Positions 10,452 through 24,016 of a DNA stretch of 64,000 nucleotides are shown here, piece after piece. The notes beneath the pieces were generated by a model. The model did not search any database, had not been told where the DNA came from, and saw nothing but the letters and a program-made list of their open reading frames with translations. Location: the NCBI GenBank assembly GCA_963823665.1, contig CAWGMQ010000008.1:1184001-1248000 (forward strand). Reading direction: 5' to 3'. A program made the translations under genes and the position numbers. How positions within the stretch are numbered: the stretch's first letter is position 1; each line of letters opens with the position of its first letter. Origin of the DNA: an uncultured Planctomycetota bacterium. GTDB taxonomy: Bacteria > Planctomycetota > Planctomycetia > Isosphaerales > Isosphaeraceae.

Positions 10452-11222
10452 ATGTTTGTCGCGTGCAATACGCTGTGCTTCGCGCGGGAGCCGATGGAGA
10501 CGGCCTTGCGCCACATTGTCGAACTCGAATTCGACAAGTTCGAGCTCGCGCTGGTTGAAGAGGGGCAACATCTCCGGCTTTCGGAAGCGTGTGATGACCC
10601 TGACGCGGCCGTGGCGCGGCTGAGACAGGGCCCGAGCCTGATCCCGTCGTCGATCTACGCCGACTTTGGCCCGGCCGACTGGCAGAGCCCCCAGACACTG
10701 CAGCGATTCGAGGGGCTGTGCAAGCTGGCGAAATCGCTGAGCGTCGCCGTGATCACGATGAACGCCGCTCCGCGCGGGGCCGCGATTGACGACGAGGTTA
10801 AACGGTTGAGCTCGATCGGATCGAGTGCGTTCCGCAAGGGACTGGTGCTGGCGCTCCTCACTCACTCGGAGACCTTGACCGGTGATCCCCAGGTTGCCGT
10901 GCAATTGTGCCAGTCGGTTCCGGGATTGGGGATCACGCTGGACCCCAGCCATTTCCTGCAGGGCCCGAAGCCGGACGTCGATTTCGACTGCGTTTTCCCG
11001 TATGTACAAAGCGTGAATCTGCGAGACACCGGGACGGGGCCGGGTGAGTTTCAAGTGCGGGTGGGCCAGGGCAAGGTCGACTATGCACGCATCGTGAACA
11101 TGCTCCAGCGACACGGATATAACCGGGCGCTTACCGTGACCATTATCGACCGGATTGAGAATCCATTCGACCGGGAAGTGGAGGTGCGCAAGCTCAAGCT
11201 GTTGCTCGAGACGTTGATTTGA
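10452..11222 (+). CDS. Sugar phosphate isomerase/epimerase (AP endonuclease 2 / xylose isomerase-like TIM barrel)
   Basis: GITLDPSHF, VNLRDT, GQGKVDY motifs; AGGAG RBS. Confidence 0.85.
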   Translation: MFVACNTLCFAREPMETALRHIVELEFDKFELALVEEGQHLRLSEACDDPDAAVARLRQGPSLIPSSIYADFGPADWQSPQTLQRFEGLCKLAKSLSVAVITMNAAPRGAAIDDEVKRLSSIGSSAFRKGLVLALLTHSETLTGDPQVAVQLCQSVPGLGITLDPSHFLQGPKPDVDFDCVFPYVQSVNLRDTGTGPGEFQVRVGQGKVDYARIVNMLQRHGYNRALTVTIIDRIENPFDREVEVRKLKLLLETLI

Positions 11223-11232
11223 TCGAAGCGGG

Positions 11233-14200
11233 TCAGTCGGCGAGCTTGAGTCGCACGAGCTCGGTTTCGATCACCGCGAGGTCCCAGACTTCGACCATGG
11301 AATCCGGCCCGCTGGCGCTGGCGCTGGCCAGCCGGCGGCCGTGGGCGTCGTACACCAGGTTCGTGACACCGCCGCGGTGGCCCGGAAGATGCAGTCGAAG
11401 CTGGGGGCGAGCGGGAACTTCGAGGGACCAAAGCGAGATTATTCCCTGCGAAGAACCGACCGCCAGCGAGCGGCCGTCCGGCGCGAAGGCCAGCGACGTC
11501 GACCAAGAGGGGTTTTCGGTCGGCTTTCCGGGCTCGGTGAGGACGCCGATCCACTGCAGGCTATGCGCGTCGATCAGGGTGACCTGGGTTGGCTCGAGGA
11601 TGGCGAGAATTGTTCCGTCAGGCTTCAACGTGACCTTGTTTGATTGTTCCAGGGTGGTCGACAGCAGCTCCGACGCACGGGCTGATTTCGCGCCCTGGAC
11701 GAAGTCGATCGCCCAGGCACGGAGTACGCTTTCTCGTCCTCTCTGGTCAACCGTGTAGAGCCGGTCGCCCCTGGGAGAAATCTGTAGTGACCGCAGCCCA
11801 GGCCCGCGCGGGTCGTTAGCACCGGGGGGGCGACCGCGCGGCGTCGGACCTGCTTCGGCGGTGAGCGGCGGGGACAGTTCGATGGGGATGAGTGTGTCGG
11901 GAGCCTCGGCACGCCAGAGAAAGAACGACGATCCTCGGACCACGACCATCATCGCGCCGTCGGACGTTTTTGCCAGTGCTGTGGTCCGGAACGTTCCCGG
12001 ACCCTGCGTGAGAGAACCCACAACAGAGAATTTCGCCTTACCAAGAACGGAGCCCACCTCTCCGGCAGAGAACCGGAGGCCCTGGTAGTCATGCACAACG
12101 AGCCGTCCCAACGAGTCGAACGCAATCGTCGTGGGCTGAAAGCCCATGAAGCCCCCACGTCCGCCCGTCCGCGGCCCTTCGCCCCGCGGCGGCCGTCCGC
12201 CTCCTCCTCGCCGATTGGCATCGGAGGCGGGGGCGTCGCTGCGCCTGGGCTCGAGAGGGCCGATGGCGGGGGACGCGACTTCGACCGCCGGCCTGGGGAC
12301 TGGCGGGCCGATTTCCGGGCATCGGCCGCTGCGCCATGTCCAGATCTCACCGCTCAAGCTTGCGGCGGCAAGCACGCCGTCTTTGCCGAAGGCGAGAGCC
12401 GACGGCGGCGAGTCGAAACCGCTGAGCTGCGTGCGGGCGGCCGAGTCATGCACGGTCCAAATCATGGCGTCACCCGAGCGGCCGACGGCTGCAAGGGTCA
12501 TCCCGTCGGGTGCAAAGGCCATGTCGGCGGCCTGATCAGACGTGCGCAAGGCGGCCACCAGATTGAGCGAGACCGGATCCCAGAGCTCGATGGGACCGTT
12601 GCCCATGATCGCGAGGAGGTTACCCTGCGGGTTAAATCGCATCAGCCGGGTGTTGGATTGGCCGGGCGTCAGGCCAATAGGGAACGAATGGGAATCCAGG
12701 TCCCAGATCCGGATCGATGTCCCGCCGGAGGTGTTGCCGGCGGTGGCCAGCATGTTGTTCGGCCCGAGCGCAATTGCGGAGAGGTCGGCCTGCGGCTCGA
12801 TCTCGCCCCGAGGCAGCGGACTGCCGTCCTGCGCCGAGTAGAGTCTGACAACCGCGCGTCTGAAGGCAGCCACCGCGACGGTTCGAGCATCCGGGCTGAT
12901 CGATACCAGTGGGAACGACATTTCCCGTGCGTCGTCGGTGCGCCAGGGCAGGGTGGCAATCGGCCGTTCGAGATGATCAGCATCCCAGAGGTTGACCTCG
13001 AGGATCACCTCGTTCTGGATCTGCTCGGTCCCGATTGTGATCAGGCGGTGGCCGGTCGGCTCGCCGATCAAGCCGACGATGGAATGGTTGGGCAGACTCA
13101 AGCTCCGCAGGGCGCGCCGGAAAGCAAGTCGAGCAATCCGAGCGCGGCGTCGCCAGGAAGAATCGTCGCGATGTAGGGACCGATTTGTGCGAGGCGGGGG
13201 AACCGAAACGGCCCGCCGCGACCGCCTTGACCGCCTCGCTGCCCGCCCGTGCTCGCGACCGAGCCGCTGCTCGCACCTGGAGCCGTTTCAGCCCTGCCGC
13301 CGGCGCTCTCGCTGATACCTTCGGCAACCGGTATCGGTGCGATTGCCGCGCCGCCTCGAAGGGGCAATTTCGTCAACTGGCGTCGCTTCTGCACGTCCCA
13401 AAAGTCGAGCTCGTCATCATCTTCAGACAGAATCGCGAGCTGATTTCCCGCGGGCGTGAAGATCAAACCCCGCGCCCGCCCCGTGGCCAGCGCCGGATTG
13501 CTCGGCTCGATCTCTCGCAAAACCAGGAACTTGACCGCCGAGTCGCGAAGCTGCGTCCGCTCTTCGTTGTCCGGCTCGAGCTCAGCCGCCTCCTTGACGA
13601 AATTCAGTCCGAGACTCCGCCGGGTCGGTGCCGCGCCGAGCGCGGTAAGCTGAATGATCGATCCCAGTCTTTCCTTCTCTGCCGCTCGGCGCCGGGCGTT
13701 GGCCGCCTTTTCGCGTTTGAAGAGCTCGTCGCTCTGCTGCTGCGCGGCGACGGCGAGATTTCGCTCGGACACGATCTTCACGTACGCGAAGGTGGCGATC
13801 GCCAGCACGAGTGCGGCCGCGGCGGTCGAGACGGCCGTGATTCCGGGATGGCGGCGGGCGACCCGCCAGGCCCGGCCAAGCGGGCCGATGCGCCGGGCCT
13901 TGACCGGCTCGCGATTCAAGAACCGCTCGAGGTCATCGAACAGCTCGCCTGCGGTTGCGTAGCGGTCGGCGGGCCGCTTGGCGAGGGCTTTGAGCACGAC
14001 GGTCTCGAGATCGCGCGGGACGCGGCGGTCGACCTTCGTCGGCGGCAGCGGATCTTGCTGACCGATCTGGTCGATCAGCTCGGCTGCTGTCTGACCGTCG
14101 AACGGGGGACGCAAGGACAGCAGCTCGTACAGGGTGGCTCCCAGGCTGTAGACGTCGGTCCGACCGTCGATCGAACCCGTGCGAGCCTGCTCGGGGCTCA

Positions 14201-15458
14201 TGTAGCGAGGAGTGCCCAGCAAACTGTCATGATGCGTGATACCAGGATCAGCGAGGCGGCGAGCCAGGCCGAAATCGGTCACCCAGATGCTGCCTTTCGC
14301 ATCGATCAACAAGTTCGAGGGCTTGACGTCGCGATGGATGACGCCCTGCTCGTGCGCATGCGCGAGGGCATCCGCCGATTCGCGGCCGACCTTGGCGACC
14401 CAGCGGAAGTATGCCGGCCCGCGAGGAGGATCGAAGGGAGGCGGCTCGAGCTCGCGGCGCTGCCGATCCGGATCGGGCGAGGTCAAATTCGGGAGAGACC
14501 CTGGGGCGACTGCTTGAAGCCCGCCGGGGGCGGAATCGGCAGCCGCGATCCGGCCATCGCGCGAAGCCGTTCCCCAGGACGCGGTCGAACCATCGGTTGG
14601 CGAAATGAGAGACTTTGGCCGAATGCCGTTGGGTCGTGCCGGCACCTGCTGCATTCCCGCGAAGCTCGACCGGGCAGCCGGCGTTTTCGCTTGGTCGAGC
14701 TGGCCATCGGGCCGTTTCCGCCCGTGCAGAAGACTAGCGGGCAGCCGTGCCCAGAATCGACCCGGGTGGGGGGAGGCTTTCGCCTGAGCTGCGCCGCCAC
14801 CTTCGCTGGCAAGGAAGCTCGGCAGCCGAGAGCTGGAAAGCGCCTCTCCGCCGCCGGAGGCCACGTGACGCGTGCGACGCAGATGCTTGAGCACGCGATC
14901 GAGCCCGCTCCCCTCGATTCGTTGCATGGCGTAATAACAAAGCCCGCCGACCTGGCCGACGTCGAAGACCGGCACGATGTGGGTGTGGTGCAGACCGGCG
15001 GCGGTGCGAGCTTCGTTCAAGAACCGTCGGCGGGCCGAGGAATCGGGCGCGGCGTGCACGCCAAGAACCTTGAGCGCCACGGGCCGGTCGAGCCCCATGT
15101 GCACGGCCTCGTAGACCGTGCCCATGCCTCCTCGTCCGAGCTCGCGCACAACCCGGTAGCCGGCGATTCGCTGGCCCGACTCAATCCGGTGGTCGAGCCC
15201 GCCGCGGCGGCCGCTCCCGGAGCCGGTTGCCGAACCGAGACCAAGCAAGCCGTGAACCAGCTCCAGGCCGTCAATGGCCGCCCGGAGGTCATCTTCGAGC
15301 CCAGGAAATCGCGCGACGAATTCGTCCAGGTCAGGCGGTGGGCCCTGCTCACAACTCAACATGTAGAGCTCGACGGCTTCGCCGACGCGATCGTCCTCGT
15401 CGTTCTCGTCGGGCGCGACGTCGGGACCGTCAGTCGTGCCGTCAGTGGGTTTGACCAT
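11233..15458 (-). CDS. Hanks-type Ser/Thr kinase with a TM helix and WD40 repeats, split by a frameshift near 13100
   Basis: LGRGGMGTVY, VALK, HRDVKPSN, DFGLA, GTPRYMSPE; WD40 repeats (AFAPDG, IWDL) in ORF 11233..13101. Confidence 0.9.
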
Positions 15459-16110
15459 CGCTGAACCTCAGAGATCCACCGGGGGGACCTTCCATCGAAC
15501 GCTTCAGGTTCTTGAGCCCGCGTGCCATGATGCCGCGCACCGATTTTCGGCTTAATCCGAACCGCTCGCCGATCGCCTCGAACGAAAGGCTTTCGGCAGC
15601 ATAGAGCCAAACCACGTCGGCCTCGGCTTCAGGAAGCGCGGCCAGCGCGTCGGCAAGGAGAATGATCTGCTCGCGACGACTGGCGGCCTGACTCGGACTG
15701 GTCTGAGATAGTGCCAGCATATCGACGATCCGCCCATTGTCCTCTCCCGACCGCGAACCCCCGGAAATCTCTGATGCCGCCCCGTCAAGCGGTAAGGCCG
15801 TCGACGCGCCGGCGCGCTTCGCCCGGCTGTGATACCGCCCCAAGTCGGCCAGCTTCTGCCCAACCAGGCGTCGTAGCCAGCCCACCAGGGCTGCTTCGTT
15901 CTGACCCGTGAACTGCGGGAACTGCCGCACCACCTCCACCAACACTTCTTGAATCACGTCCGACATCTCAACCCGCTCGCGCAGTCTGGGACCGAGGCCC
16001 GTGCGCACAACCATTCGCAGATAATTTCGATAGAGCGCGCACAACTCGCCCAGGGCTTCGGTCTCACCCGCGCGTGCCTTTGACAGTAAGTCAATCGGGC
16101 CTTCGGGCAT
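15442..16110 (-). CDS. ECF sigma-70 factor (planctomycete kinase-associated type)
   Basis: YRNYL...SDVIQEVL...FTGQNEAALVGWLRRL (sigma2); TSPSQAA; LPEAEADVV...LSFEAIGERFG (sigma4); overlaps the kinase start. Confidence 0.9.
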   Translation of the reverse strand: MPEGPIDLLSKARAGETEALGELCALYRNYLRMVVRTGLGPRLRERVEMSDVIQEVLVEVVRQFPQFTGQNEAALVGWLRRLVGQKLADLGRYHSRAKRAGASTALPLDGAASEISGGSRSGEDNGRIVDMLALSQTSPSQAASRREQIILLADALAALPEAEADVVWLYAAESLSFEAIGERFGLSRKSVRGIMARGLKNLKRSMEGPPGGSLRFSDGQTH

Positions 16111-16363
16111 CCGCGTCGGCTCTCATGCAAAAACTACCGGGCTGCCCAGGCCAGTCGCGCACCTATACCCATAGGCGTCAATCGATCAGCCGGCGGACCC
16201 GGTTCCCTGCAAAAACCGTTACTGAGAACTGTGGTGGCAGCCTACTTCACATACTAACACAAAGGGTCATGTCCCGCGCCAGGCACTCACGAAGGAAGTT
16301 ACACGAAGGAAGTTACACACTCTTCCGACCGTGTTCCGGGTGCGATAGAATGACCGGTCGCTC

Positions 16364-17249
16364 ATGAGCAAATCAACCGGCAGAATCGGAAACGCGACAA
16401 CGCCCGTTCAGGACTCCGCGCGGCCGGCGTTTCTTGCCGTCAACGGGGGCTCGTCAAGCCTCAAGTTCGCGCTGTACGACCTGGAATCCGCGTGCGCCGG
16501 GTTGTGCAGGCGAATGGGCCGCGGAAGGATCGAGCGCATCGGGCAACCGGATGCGAGCATGTCGGCCCAGCTTACCGGGGATCAGGAAGCTCGTGAGAGG
16601 AGTGTGACTGCGCCGGATCTCGGCGCCGCAGCCGGCCTGCTCATTGACTGGCTCGAGCGCACCTTGGGGCGCCGAACAGATCGCGGCGGTCGGGTTTCGG
16701 GTCGTGCACGGGGGGTGCCCGATCGATACGACCATGGGGTTGACGCCGGCCTCGGGTCTCGTGATGAGCACGCGGTGCGGCGACATCGACCCCGGTCTTT
16801 TTTTGTATCTGACCCGGATGGTCGCCGGCATGTCGGCCGAGGTATTCCATCGAATGGTCAATCATGAGTCGGGCTTACTTGGCGTCTCGGAAACCAGCTC
16901 TGACATCCGCGAGCTCCTGGCGTGTCGAGCGGACGACGAGCGCGCCGCGGAGGCCGTCGAGTTGTTCTGCTACCAGGCCAAGAAGGGAATCGGCGCGCTG
17001 GCGGCCGCGCTGGGCGGCCTCGATCTCCTGGTGTTCTCCGGGGGCATCGGCGAGAATTCGCCCGACATCCGCGCGGAAACCTGCGCGGGCCTCGAATTTC
17101 TGGGAATCAACATCGACCCGATACGTAATCGCGGGAATGAGCCGGTGATCACCACCGAAACGTCGCGCACGCCGATCCGCGTCATTCAAACCGACGAAGA
17201 ATCGATGATCGCGCGATACACGGCGCGATTCGTGCCTCTCAAGGAATAG
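16364..17249 (+). pseudogene. ackA: Acetate kinase with a large internal deletion and a frameshift
   Basis: LAVNGGSSSLKFAL, RVVHGG, DTTMGLTP..G..M.TRCGDIDP, GGIGEN, TDEE are present; the central segment between VVHGG and DTTMG is missing. Confidence 0.85.
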
Positions 17250-17397
17250 CACGTCTCGCGATGCTAGCATTTCCGGAACAGGGCATCGACAATGGAACCC
17301 ACTGGGCTCCGGGACGGCAATCGCGGTTCCTTTGATGCATTCCCGCTTGCCAGAGCGCGAAAACACACCAGTTACGTGGTATGCGCCGAGATCTAAA

Positions 17398-17993
17398 ATG
17401 TCCAAAGAACTACCCGAAATCTATCTGGCACGACACGGAGAGACGGCCTGGACACTCTCGCACCAGCACACCGGGCGATCCGACATCCCGCTCACGGCCC
17501 GAGGCGAGTTGAACGCACGCAGCCTGGGCGACCGGCTGCGTGGAATCGAGTTTCAGAGGGTGCTCACGAGCCCGCTGGAGCGTGCGCGGCGGACGTGCGA
17601 GCTGGCGGGATTCATCGAGCGGACCATCGTCGACCTTGACCTGATGGAATGGAATTACGGCGTCTATGACGGCAAGACATCCGCCGAGATCCGCCGCGAG
17701 AATGCCAATTGGCTACTCTTCCGCGACGGCTGCCCTGGCGGCGAGACGGTCGAAGAAGTCGGTGCTCGTGCCGATCGGGTCATCGCCCGACTCCGCGCCG
17801 TGACGGGCGCCAACTGCTGTTCGGTCACGGCCACTTTTTCCGCGTTCTGGCGGCGCGGTGGCTCGGTCTGCCGCCCTCGGAAGGGAGGCTACTCTACCTG
17901 GGCCCGGCGTCGCTCTCGATCCAAGGTTACGAGCATACGCTCGACGAGCCGGCGATTCGCCTCTGGAATGATGATCGCCACGTGCATAAATGA
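17398..17993 (+). CDS. Histidine phosphatase / phosphoglycerate mutase family, frameshifted near 17810
   Basis: RHGETAW...HTGRSDIPLT, SPLERARRT, then GHGHFFRVL..RWLGL and LWND in the next frame. Confidence 0.9.
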
Positions 17994-18037
17994 TCGACTC
18001 GTTCTCATGGCGCCACGAGCACTTTCGGAGCACCGGA

Positions 18038-20503
18038 ATGAACCAGACTGCCGATCCTTTGAAACGCTACGAATGCGGTCCGCTGCGATTCGATGATGAG
18101 GATTACTACGACCGTCATCTTGTGTTCGACCACGTCACTGCGCACGAACGGGCCAGCGCGCGCGACCGCTTCGAGGCGATGGCGCGCTCGGTCCGTGACG
18201 TGCTCGCCCAGCGCTGGATTCTGACGCAGCGCAGCTACGACCACAAGAATCCGAAGGAGGTCTATTATCTGTCGATGGAGTTCTTGATCGGCAGGACGAT
18301 GGCCAGCACGATCACCAACTTGCGGATCGAAGATTTCGTGCAAAGCGACTTCGCCTCCGACATCGGGCAGGAGTTATCGGCGCTTTACGAAGTTGAGCCA
18401 GACGCAGGCCTGGGCAATGGCGGTCTGGGCCGTCTCGCTGCCTGTTTTCTCGACTCGATGGCGACGCTCGAGATTCCGGCGGTGGGCTACGGCCTGCGCT
18501 ACGAGTACGGAATGTTCCGCCAGGAGATCAAGGACGGCCGCCAGATCGAGCACCCGGACAACTGGCTGCTTCACGGGGATCCGTGGGAGGTCGTGCGCCC
18601 GAACGAGACGGTCGATGTTCGTCTCAACTGCGCGTTTCAGATGAAGGAGGGACGGCTGACGGTGGTTCCCAACGTGCCGACGGTGATCGTCGGAATACCT
18701 TATGACCGACCCGTCGTCGGTTATGGCGGCAGCAACATCAACACGCTCAGGCTGTGGAACGCCACGGCCCACGCCGACTTCAACTTCCTGGAATTCAGCC
18801 GTGGCGATTTCTTCGACGCCGTCCACGAAAAAGTTGCCGCCGAAGTGCTGACGCGCGTGCTCTACCCCGATGACTCGACACCGCGGGGCAGAAATCTTCG
18901 GCTGCTTCAAGAGTACTTCCTGGTCGCGTGCTCGCTCGGAGATATCGTCGGGCGATTCAAGCGGCGCGGCAACGAATGGCACGCCCTTCCCGAGAAGGTG
19001 GCGATCCAGTTGAACGACACGCATCCGTCGCTCGCAGTGGCCGAGTTGATGCGAATCCTGGTGGACGACGCGGCGCTGCCGTGGGACGAGGCGTGGGACC
19101 TGACCACACGCACTCTGGCCTACACCAACCACACACTGATGCCGGAGGCGCTTGAGACCTGGCCGGTGATCCTCTTCGAGATCATGTTTCCGCGGCTGCT
19201 CGAGATCATCTACGAGATCAACCGCCGCTTCCTGGACGACGTTCGAGCGCGGTTTCCGGGCGACAACGGCCGCCTGGCGCGCGTGAGCCTGATCGCGGAA
19301 GGCCAGGAGAAACGCGTTCGCATGGCCAACCTGGCCATCGTGGGCACACACAGCACCAACGGTGTCGCCGAGATCCATTCGAGGCTCTTGCGCTCCACGG
19401 TCGTCTCTGACCTGGCCGAGATCTTCCCGGATCGGTTCAACAACAAGACCAACGGCGTGACGCCGCGGCGCTGGCTGCTTCTCGCAAACCCCGATCTGGC
19501 CAAGCTCATCTCGAGCGCAATCGGCGACCTTTGGATTTCCGATCTCAGCCAGCTCAAGAAGCTCGTGCCCCTGGCCGACGACGCAAGCTTCCTGGAGGGC
19601 TTCCGCGCTGCCAAGCGGGCGGCCAAGGTGCGCCTTGCTTCCTGGCTGCGAATGGGAACCGGGCTTGCCGTCGACCCGGATTCCATCTTCGATAGCCAGG
19701 TGAAGCGCATCCATGAATACAAGCGACAGTTACTGAATATTCTTCACGTTATTATTTTATACAATCGTCTGCGCGATAACCCCAGGCTGGATGTGCCGCC
19801 GCGCACCTTCTTCTTCGCGGGTAAGGCCGCGCCGGCGTACACGCTCGCCAAGCTGATCATCAAGCTGATCAACAATGTCGCCTCCGTGGTCAACGTCGAT
19901 CCCGCGAGCCAAGGGAAGATCCAGGTCTTCTTCCTGACCGAATACAACGTGAGCCTGGCCCAGCGGCTCATTCCCGCCAGTGACGTATCGGAGCAGATCT
20001 CGACCGCCGGGTTCGAGGCCAGCGGCACGGGCAACATGAAGTTCATGATGAACGGCGCTCTCACCATCGGGACCCGCGACGGCGCCACGATCGAGATGGC
20101 CCAGGAGGCGGGAGAAGAGAATTTCTTCTTGTTTGGGCTGACGGCCGAGCAGGTCGCCGCGACCCGCTCCTGGTACAACCCTTACTGGCACTACGAGCAC
20201 GAGCCCGAGACGCGGCGGGCGCTCGACATGATTACATCCAACGCGTTCAGCCCGCACGAGCCGGGGATTTTCGGCCCGATCGGCGACACGCTTCTGCCCC
20301 GCGGCGACCACTATATGCATCTTGCCGATCTGGCCGCATACGCGCAGGCGCAGGACTCCCTCGGCGCGCTTTACGTGAAGCCGGAAGCCTGGACGCGCCG
20401 GGCTGTGCTCAACGTGGCGCACTCGGGCAAGTTCTCGAGCGATCGAACCATCGCACAATACGCAAACGAAATCTGGGGTGCCAAACCTTGTCACGTCGAA
20501 TGA
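18038..20503 (+). CDS. glgP: Glycogen/starch/alpha-glucan phosphorylase
   Basis: [47 protein letters not shown] (PLP lysine), FSSDRTI. Confidence 0.97.
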   Translation: MNQTADPLKRYECGPLRFDDEDYYDRHLVFDHVTAHERASARDRFEAMARSVRDVLAQRWILTQRSYDHKNPKEVYYLSMEFLIGRTMASTITNLRIEDFVQSDFASDIGQELSALYEVEPDAGLGNGGLGRLAACFLDSMATLEIPAVGYGLRYEYGMFRQEIKDGRQIEHPDNWLLHGDPWEVVRPNETVDVRLNCAFQMKEGRLTVVPNVPTVIVGIPYDRPVVGYGGSNINTLRLWNATAHADFNFLEFSRGDFFDAVHEKVAAEVLTRVLYPDDSTPRGRNLRLLQEYFLVACSLGDIVGRFKRRGNEWHALPEKVAIQLNDTHPSLAVAELMRILVDDAALPWDEAWDLTTRTLAYTNHTLMPEALETWPVILFEIMFPRLLEIIYEINRRFLDDVRARFPGDNGRLARVSLIAEGQEKRVRMANLAIVGTHSTNGVAEIHSRLLRSTVVSDLAEIFPDRFNNKTNGVTPRRWLLLANPDLAKLISSAIGDLWISDLSQLKKLVPLADDASFLEGFRAAKRAAKVRLASWLRMGTGLAVDPDSIFDSQVKRIHEYKRQLLNILHVIILYNRLRDNPRLDVPPRTFFFAGKAAPAYTLAKLIIKLINNVASVVNVDPASQGKIQVFFLTEYNVSLAQRLIPASDVSEQISTAGFEASGTGNMKFMMNGALTIGTRDGATIEMAQEAGEENFFLFGLTAEQVAATRSWYNPYWHYEHEPETRRALDMITSNAFSPHEPGIFGPIGDTLLPRGDHYMHLADLAAYAQAQDSLGALYVKPEAWTRRAVLNVAHSGKFSSDRTIAQYANEIWGAKPCHVE

Positions 20504-20516
20504 CAGGAGCAGCGTG

Positions 20517-22159
20517 ATGGCGAATCATCCTCTGGCGGGCCAACCCGCGCCCGAAAGCGTTCTGATCGACGTGCCGGCGCTCGAGCGCGCTTATCACGCC
20601 AATCGGCCGGATCCCTCGGATCCCAGGCAGCGGGTGATCTTCGGCACCAGCGGGCACCGCGGCTCTTCACTCAACCACACGTTCACTGAATCTCACATCG
20701 TGGCCATCACGCGGGCCATCTGCGATTACCGGCAAATGAGCGGAATCGACGGGCCGCTGTACATGGGAAAGGACACGCACGCGCTTTCCGAGCCGGCCCA
20801 GCGCACGGCGCTTGAAGTGCTCTCCGCCGCGGGCGTCGAGACGATTCTGCAGCGCGACGACGGCGTGACACCGACACCTGTGATCTCGCACGCAATCCTG
20901 TCGTACAACTCCGGCCGCACCACCGGGCGATGCGACGGCATCGTGATCACACCGTCACACAATCCACCCCGCGACGGCGGATTCAAGTACAACCCGCCGC
21001 ACGGGGGCCCCGCAGACTCGGAGGTCACCTCCTGGATCGAAGACCGCGCCAATAGCTTGCTTCGTTCGGGAATCGACTCGGTCAAGCGCGTGCCATTTGC
21101 GACGGCGATCCGAGCGAGCACGACACTCGAGGTGGATTTCGTCGAGCCGTACGTCGCGGACCTCTCGAGCGTTATCGATATGAAGGCGATCAAGGCCGCG
21201 AAGCTGAAGATCGGTGTCGACCCCCTGGGCGGCGCGGCCGTTCATTACTGGCAGCCGATCGCCGATCGCTATGACCTTGATATCACGGTGACGAACGCGG
21301 CGATCGACCCGACGTTCCGATTCATGACGCTGGACCATGACGGCGAGATACGGATGGACTGTTCGAGCCCCTTTGCGATGGCCAGTCTGGTCAAACTCAA
21401 AGACCAGTTCGACGTCGCGTTCGGCAACGACCCCGATTCGGACCGACACGGAATCGTCACCAAATCCACGGGCCTCATGAATCCCAACCACTATCTGGCC
21501 GTCGCCATCCGCTATCTTCTGACCCACCGCGACCGCTGGCCGGCCCATGCGAAAGTGGGAAAGACCTTGGTGAGCAGCAGCTTGATCGACCGGGTAGTGA
21601 ACAGTCTGAACCGGCCGCTCGCCGAAGTGCCGGTCGGGTTCAAGTGGTTTGCGCCAAGCTGCTGGACGGCTCGTATTGTTTCGGCGGCGAGGAAAGCGCC
21701 GGCGCGAGTTTCCTGCGCCGTGACGGCTCCGTCTGGACGACCGACAAGGACGGCCCGATCCTCGACTTGCTCGCCGCCGAGATGCTCGCCTGCACCGGCA
21801 AGGACCCGGGCGAGCACTACCTTGAGCTGACCAAGGAGTTCGGCACGCCGTTCTATACGCGGATCGATGCGGAGGCGACCCCCGAGCAGAAAGCCCGCCT
21901 GCTGAAGCTCGACCCATCCAACGTCAAGGCTGCCAACCTTGCCGGCGAACCGATCGTGGCCAAGCTGACTCGCGCACCGGCCAACCAGGCGCCCATCGGG
22001 GGATTGAAGGTCGTGGCTTCGACCGGCTGGTTTGCAGCGCGTCCATCCGGCACCGAGAATATCTACAAGATCTATGCGGAGAGCTTCCGCGACCAGGCCC
22101 ACCTGGATGCCATCGTCGCGGAAGCCCAGCGGATCGTCACCGACGCCTTGAGCAGTTGA
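20517..22159 (+). CDS. pgm: Phosphoglucomutase (alpha-D-glucose-1,6-bisphosphate-dependent), frameshifted near 21655
   Basis: [36 protein letters not shown]. Confidence 0.95.
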
Positions 22160-22196
22160 GCCCCCGGCCCACCCTCCACCTACCTGGAGCCCGATC

Positions 22197-23838
22197 ATGA
22201 AACCGAAGCCCTTACGCGAGCGCCCGGCCTGGAAAGCACTCGAGGATCATCACCGCAAGTCGAGCGAGGTTCATCTCCGGGACCTGTTCGCAGGTGACCC
22301 CGGGCGAGGCGAGCGTCTCACCGCCTCGGGCGCCGGTCTCTTCCTCGACTACTCCAAGAACCGTGTCACCGCAGAAACCTTGGGCCTCCTCATGAATCTC
22401 GCCGAGGAATCGGGCCTGCGCGAGCGCATCGACGCCATGTTCCGCGGAGAGAAGATCAACATCACCGAAGACCGCGCGGTGTTGCATGTCGCCCTTCGCG
22501 CACCCAAGGGTCAGTCGATTCTGGTCGACGGCGAAGATGTCGTGCCCCAGGTGCACGATGTACTCGATCGGATGTCGAGTTTTGCCGCGCAGGATCAGGA
22601 GCGGCGACTGGAAGGGCCACACCGGCCGGCCGATCCGCAACGTGGTCAATATCGGCATCGGCGGCTCCGATCTGGGGCCCGTGATGGCCTATGAGGCACT
22701 CCGGCATTACAGCGAGCGTGCTCTTCGGTTTCGCTTCGTCTCGAACGTCGATGGAACCGACTTCGCAGAGGCGACGCTCGACCTCGATCCGGCCGAAACG
22801 TTATTCATCATCTCGTCCAAGACATTCACGACGCTCGAGACGATGACGAACGCCCGCACCGCCCGGGAGTGGTGCTTGAGTGCGCTCAAAAGCCCGCAGG
22901 CGGTGGCCCGGCATTTCGTCGCGGTTTCGACCAATCACGAGGAAGTGAGCAAGTTCGGGATCGATACGGCGAACATGTTCGGATTCTGGGACTGGGTCGG
23001 CGGGCGTTATTCGATGGATTCAGCCATCGGGCTCTCGACGATGATCGCGATCGGCCCGGACAACTTCCGGGCGATGCTCCGCGGCTTTCACGCCATGGAT
23101 GAGCATTTTCGTATGACGCCATTCGAGCGGAATCTGCCGGTGCTGATGGGTCTCCTGTCGGTCTGGTACACTGACTTTCTCGGGGCAGCGTCGATCGCCG
23201 TCCTGCCGTACGATCAGTACTTGAAGCGGTTCCCAGCTTATCTTCAGCAGTTGACGATGGAGAGCAACGGCAAGAGTGTGACGCTCGACGGGCGGCGTGT
23301 GTCGTATCAGACCGGCCCGGTTTACTGGGGCGAGCCGGGTACCAACGGCCAGCATTCCTTCTATCAGCTCATCCATCAGGGAACGCGGCTGATCCCTTGC
23401 GACCTGATCGGGTTTGGACATTCGCTCAATCCACTGGGCGACCACCATGATCTGCTGATGTCGAATGTCTTTGCCCAGGCCGAGGCACTCGCATTCGGCA
23501 AGACGGCGGATCAGCTCAAAGCGGAGGGCGTTGCCGACTTCCTCATACCGCATCGTACGTTTGAGGGCAACCGGCCGACGAACGTGATCCTGGCCGAACG
23601 GCTCACTCCGGAAGTGCTGGGGTCGCTGGTCGCGCTTTATGAGCACAGCGTGTTCACTCAAGGCACGATCTGGGAGATCAACTCGTTCGACCAGTGGGGC
23701 GTCGAGCTCGGCAAGGCGCTGGCGAAGAAGATCATACCCGAGCTTCAGAGCGAGGTTGAGCCGAAACTCGGCCATGACAGCTCGACGAATGCGCTGATCA
23801 GGCGCTACCGGAACATGAAAGCCGGCCAAACCGGCTGA
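22197..23838 (+). CDS. pgi: Glucose-6-phosphate isomerase, frameshifted near 22590
   Basis: [49 protein letters not shown]. Confidence 0.96.
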
Positions 23839-24016
23839 CGGGGCCGCAGGTACGCAAATTGGGAAATCATTTCAAGCGCGGCGTACGTCCAGCGAACGCA
23901 AGTTTCATGGGCAATACGATTTACGTGAATTCGAAAAAAGGCAGATCGGCAGAATCACTTCGAGTGCACTATTGCGATGGCAACGGGTTCGGTGCGCTGG
24001 CAGGGGTTGAGTTGTG

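Noticed and set aside
13185..15464. Long antisense ORFs (e.g. 13185..15464 +, 18374..19714 -, 35835..37262 +)
   Set aside because: Shadow ORFs opposite real genes in high-GC DNA.
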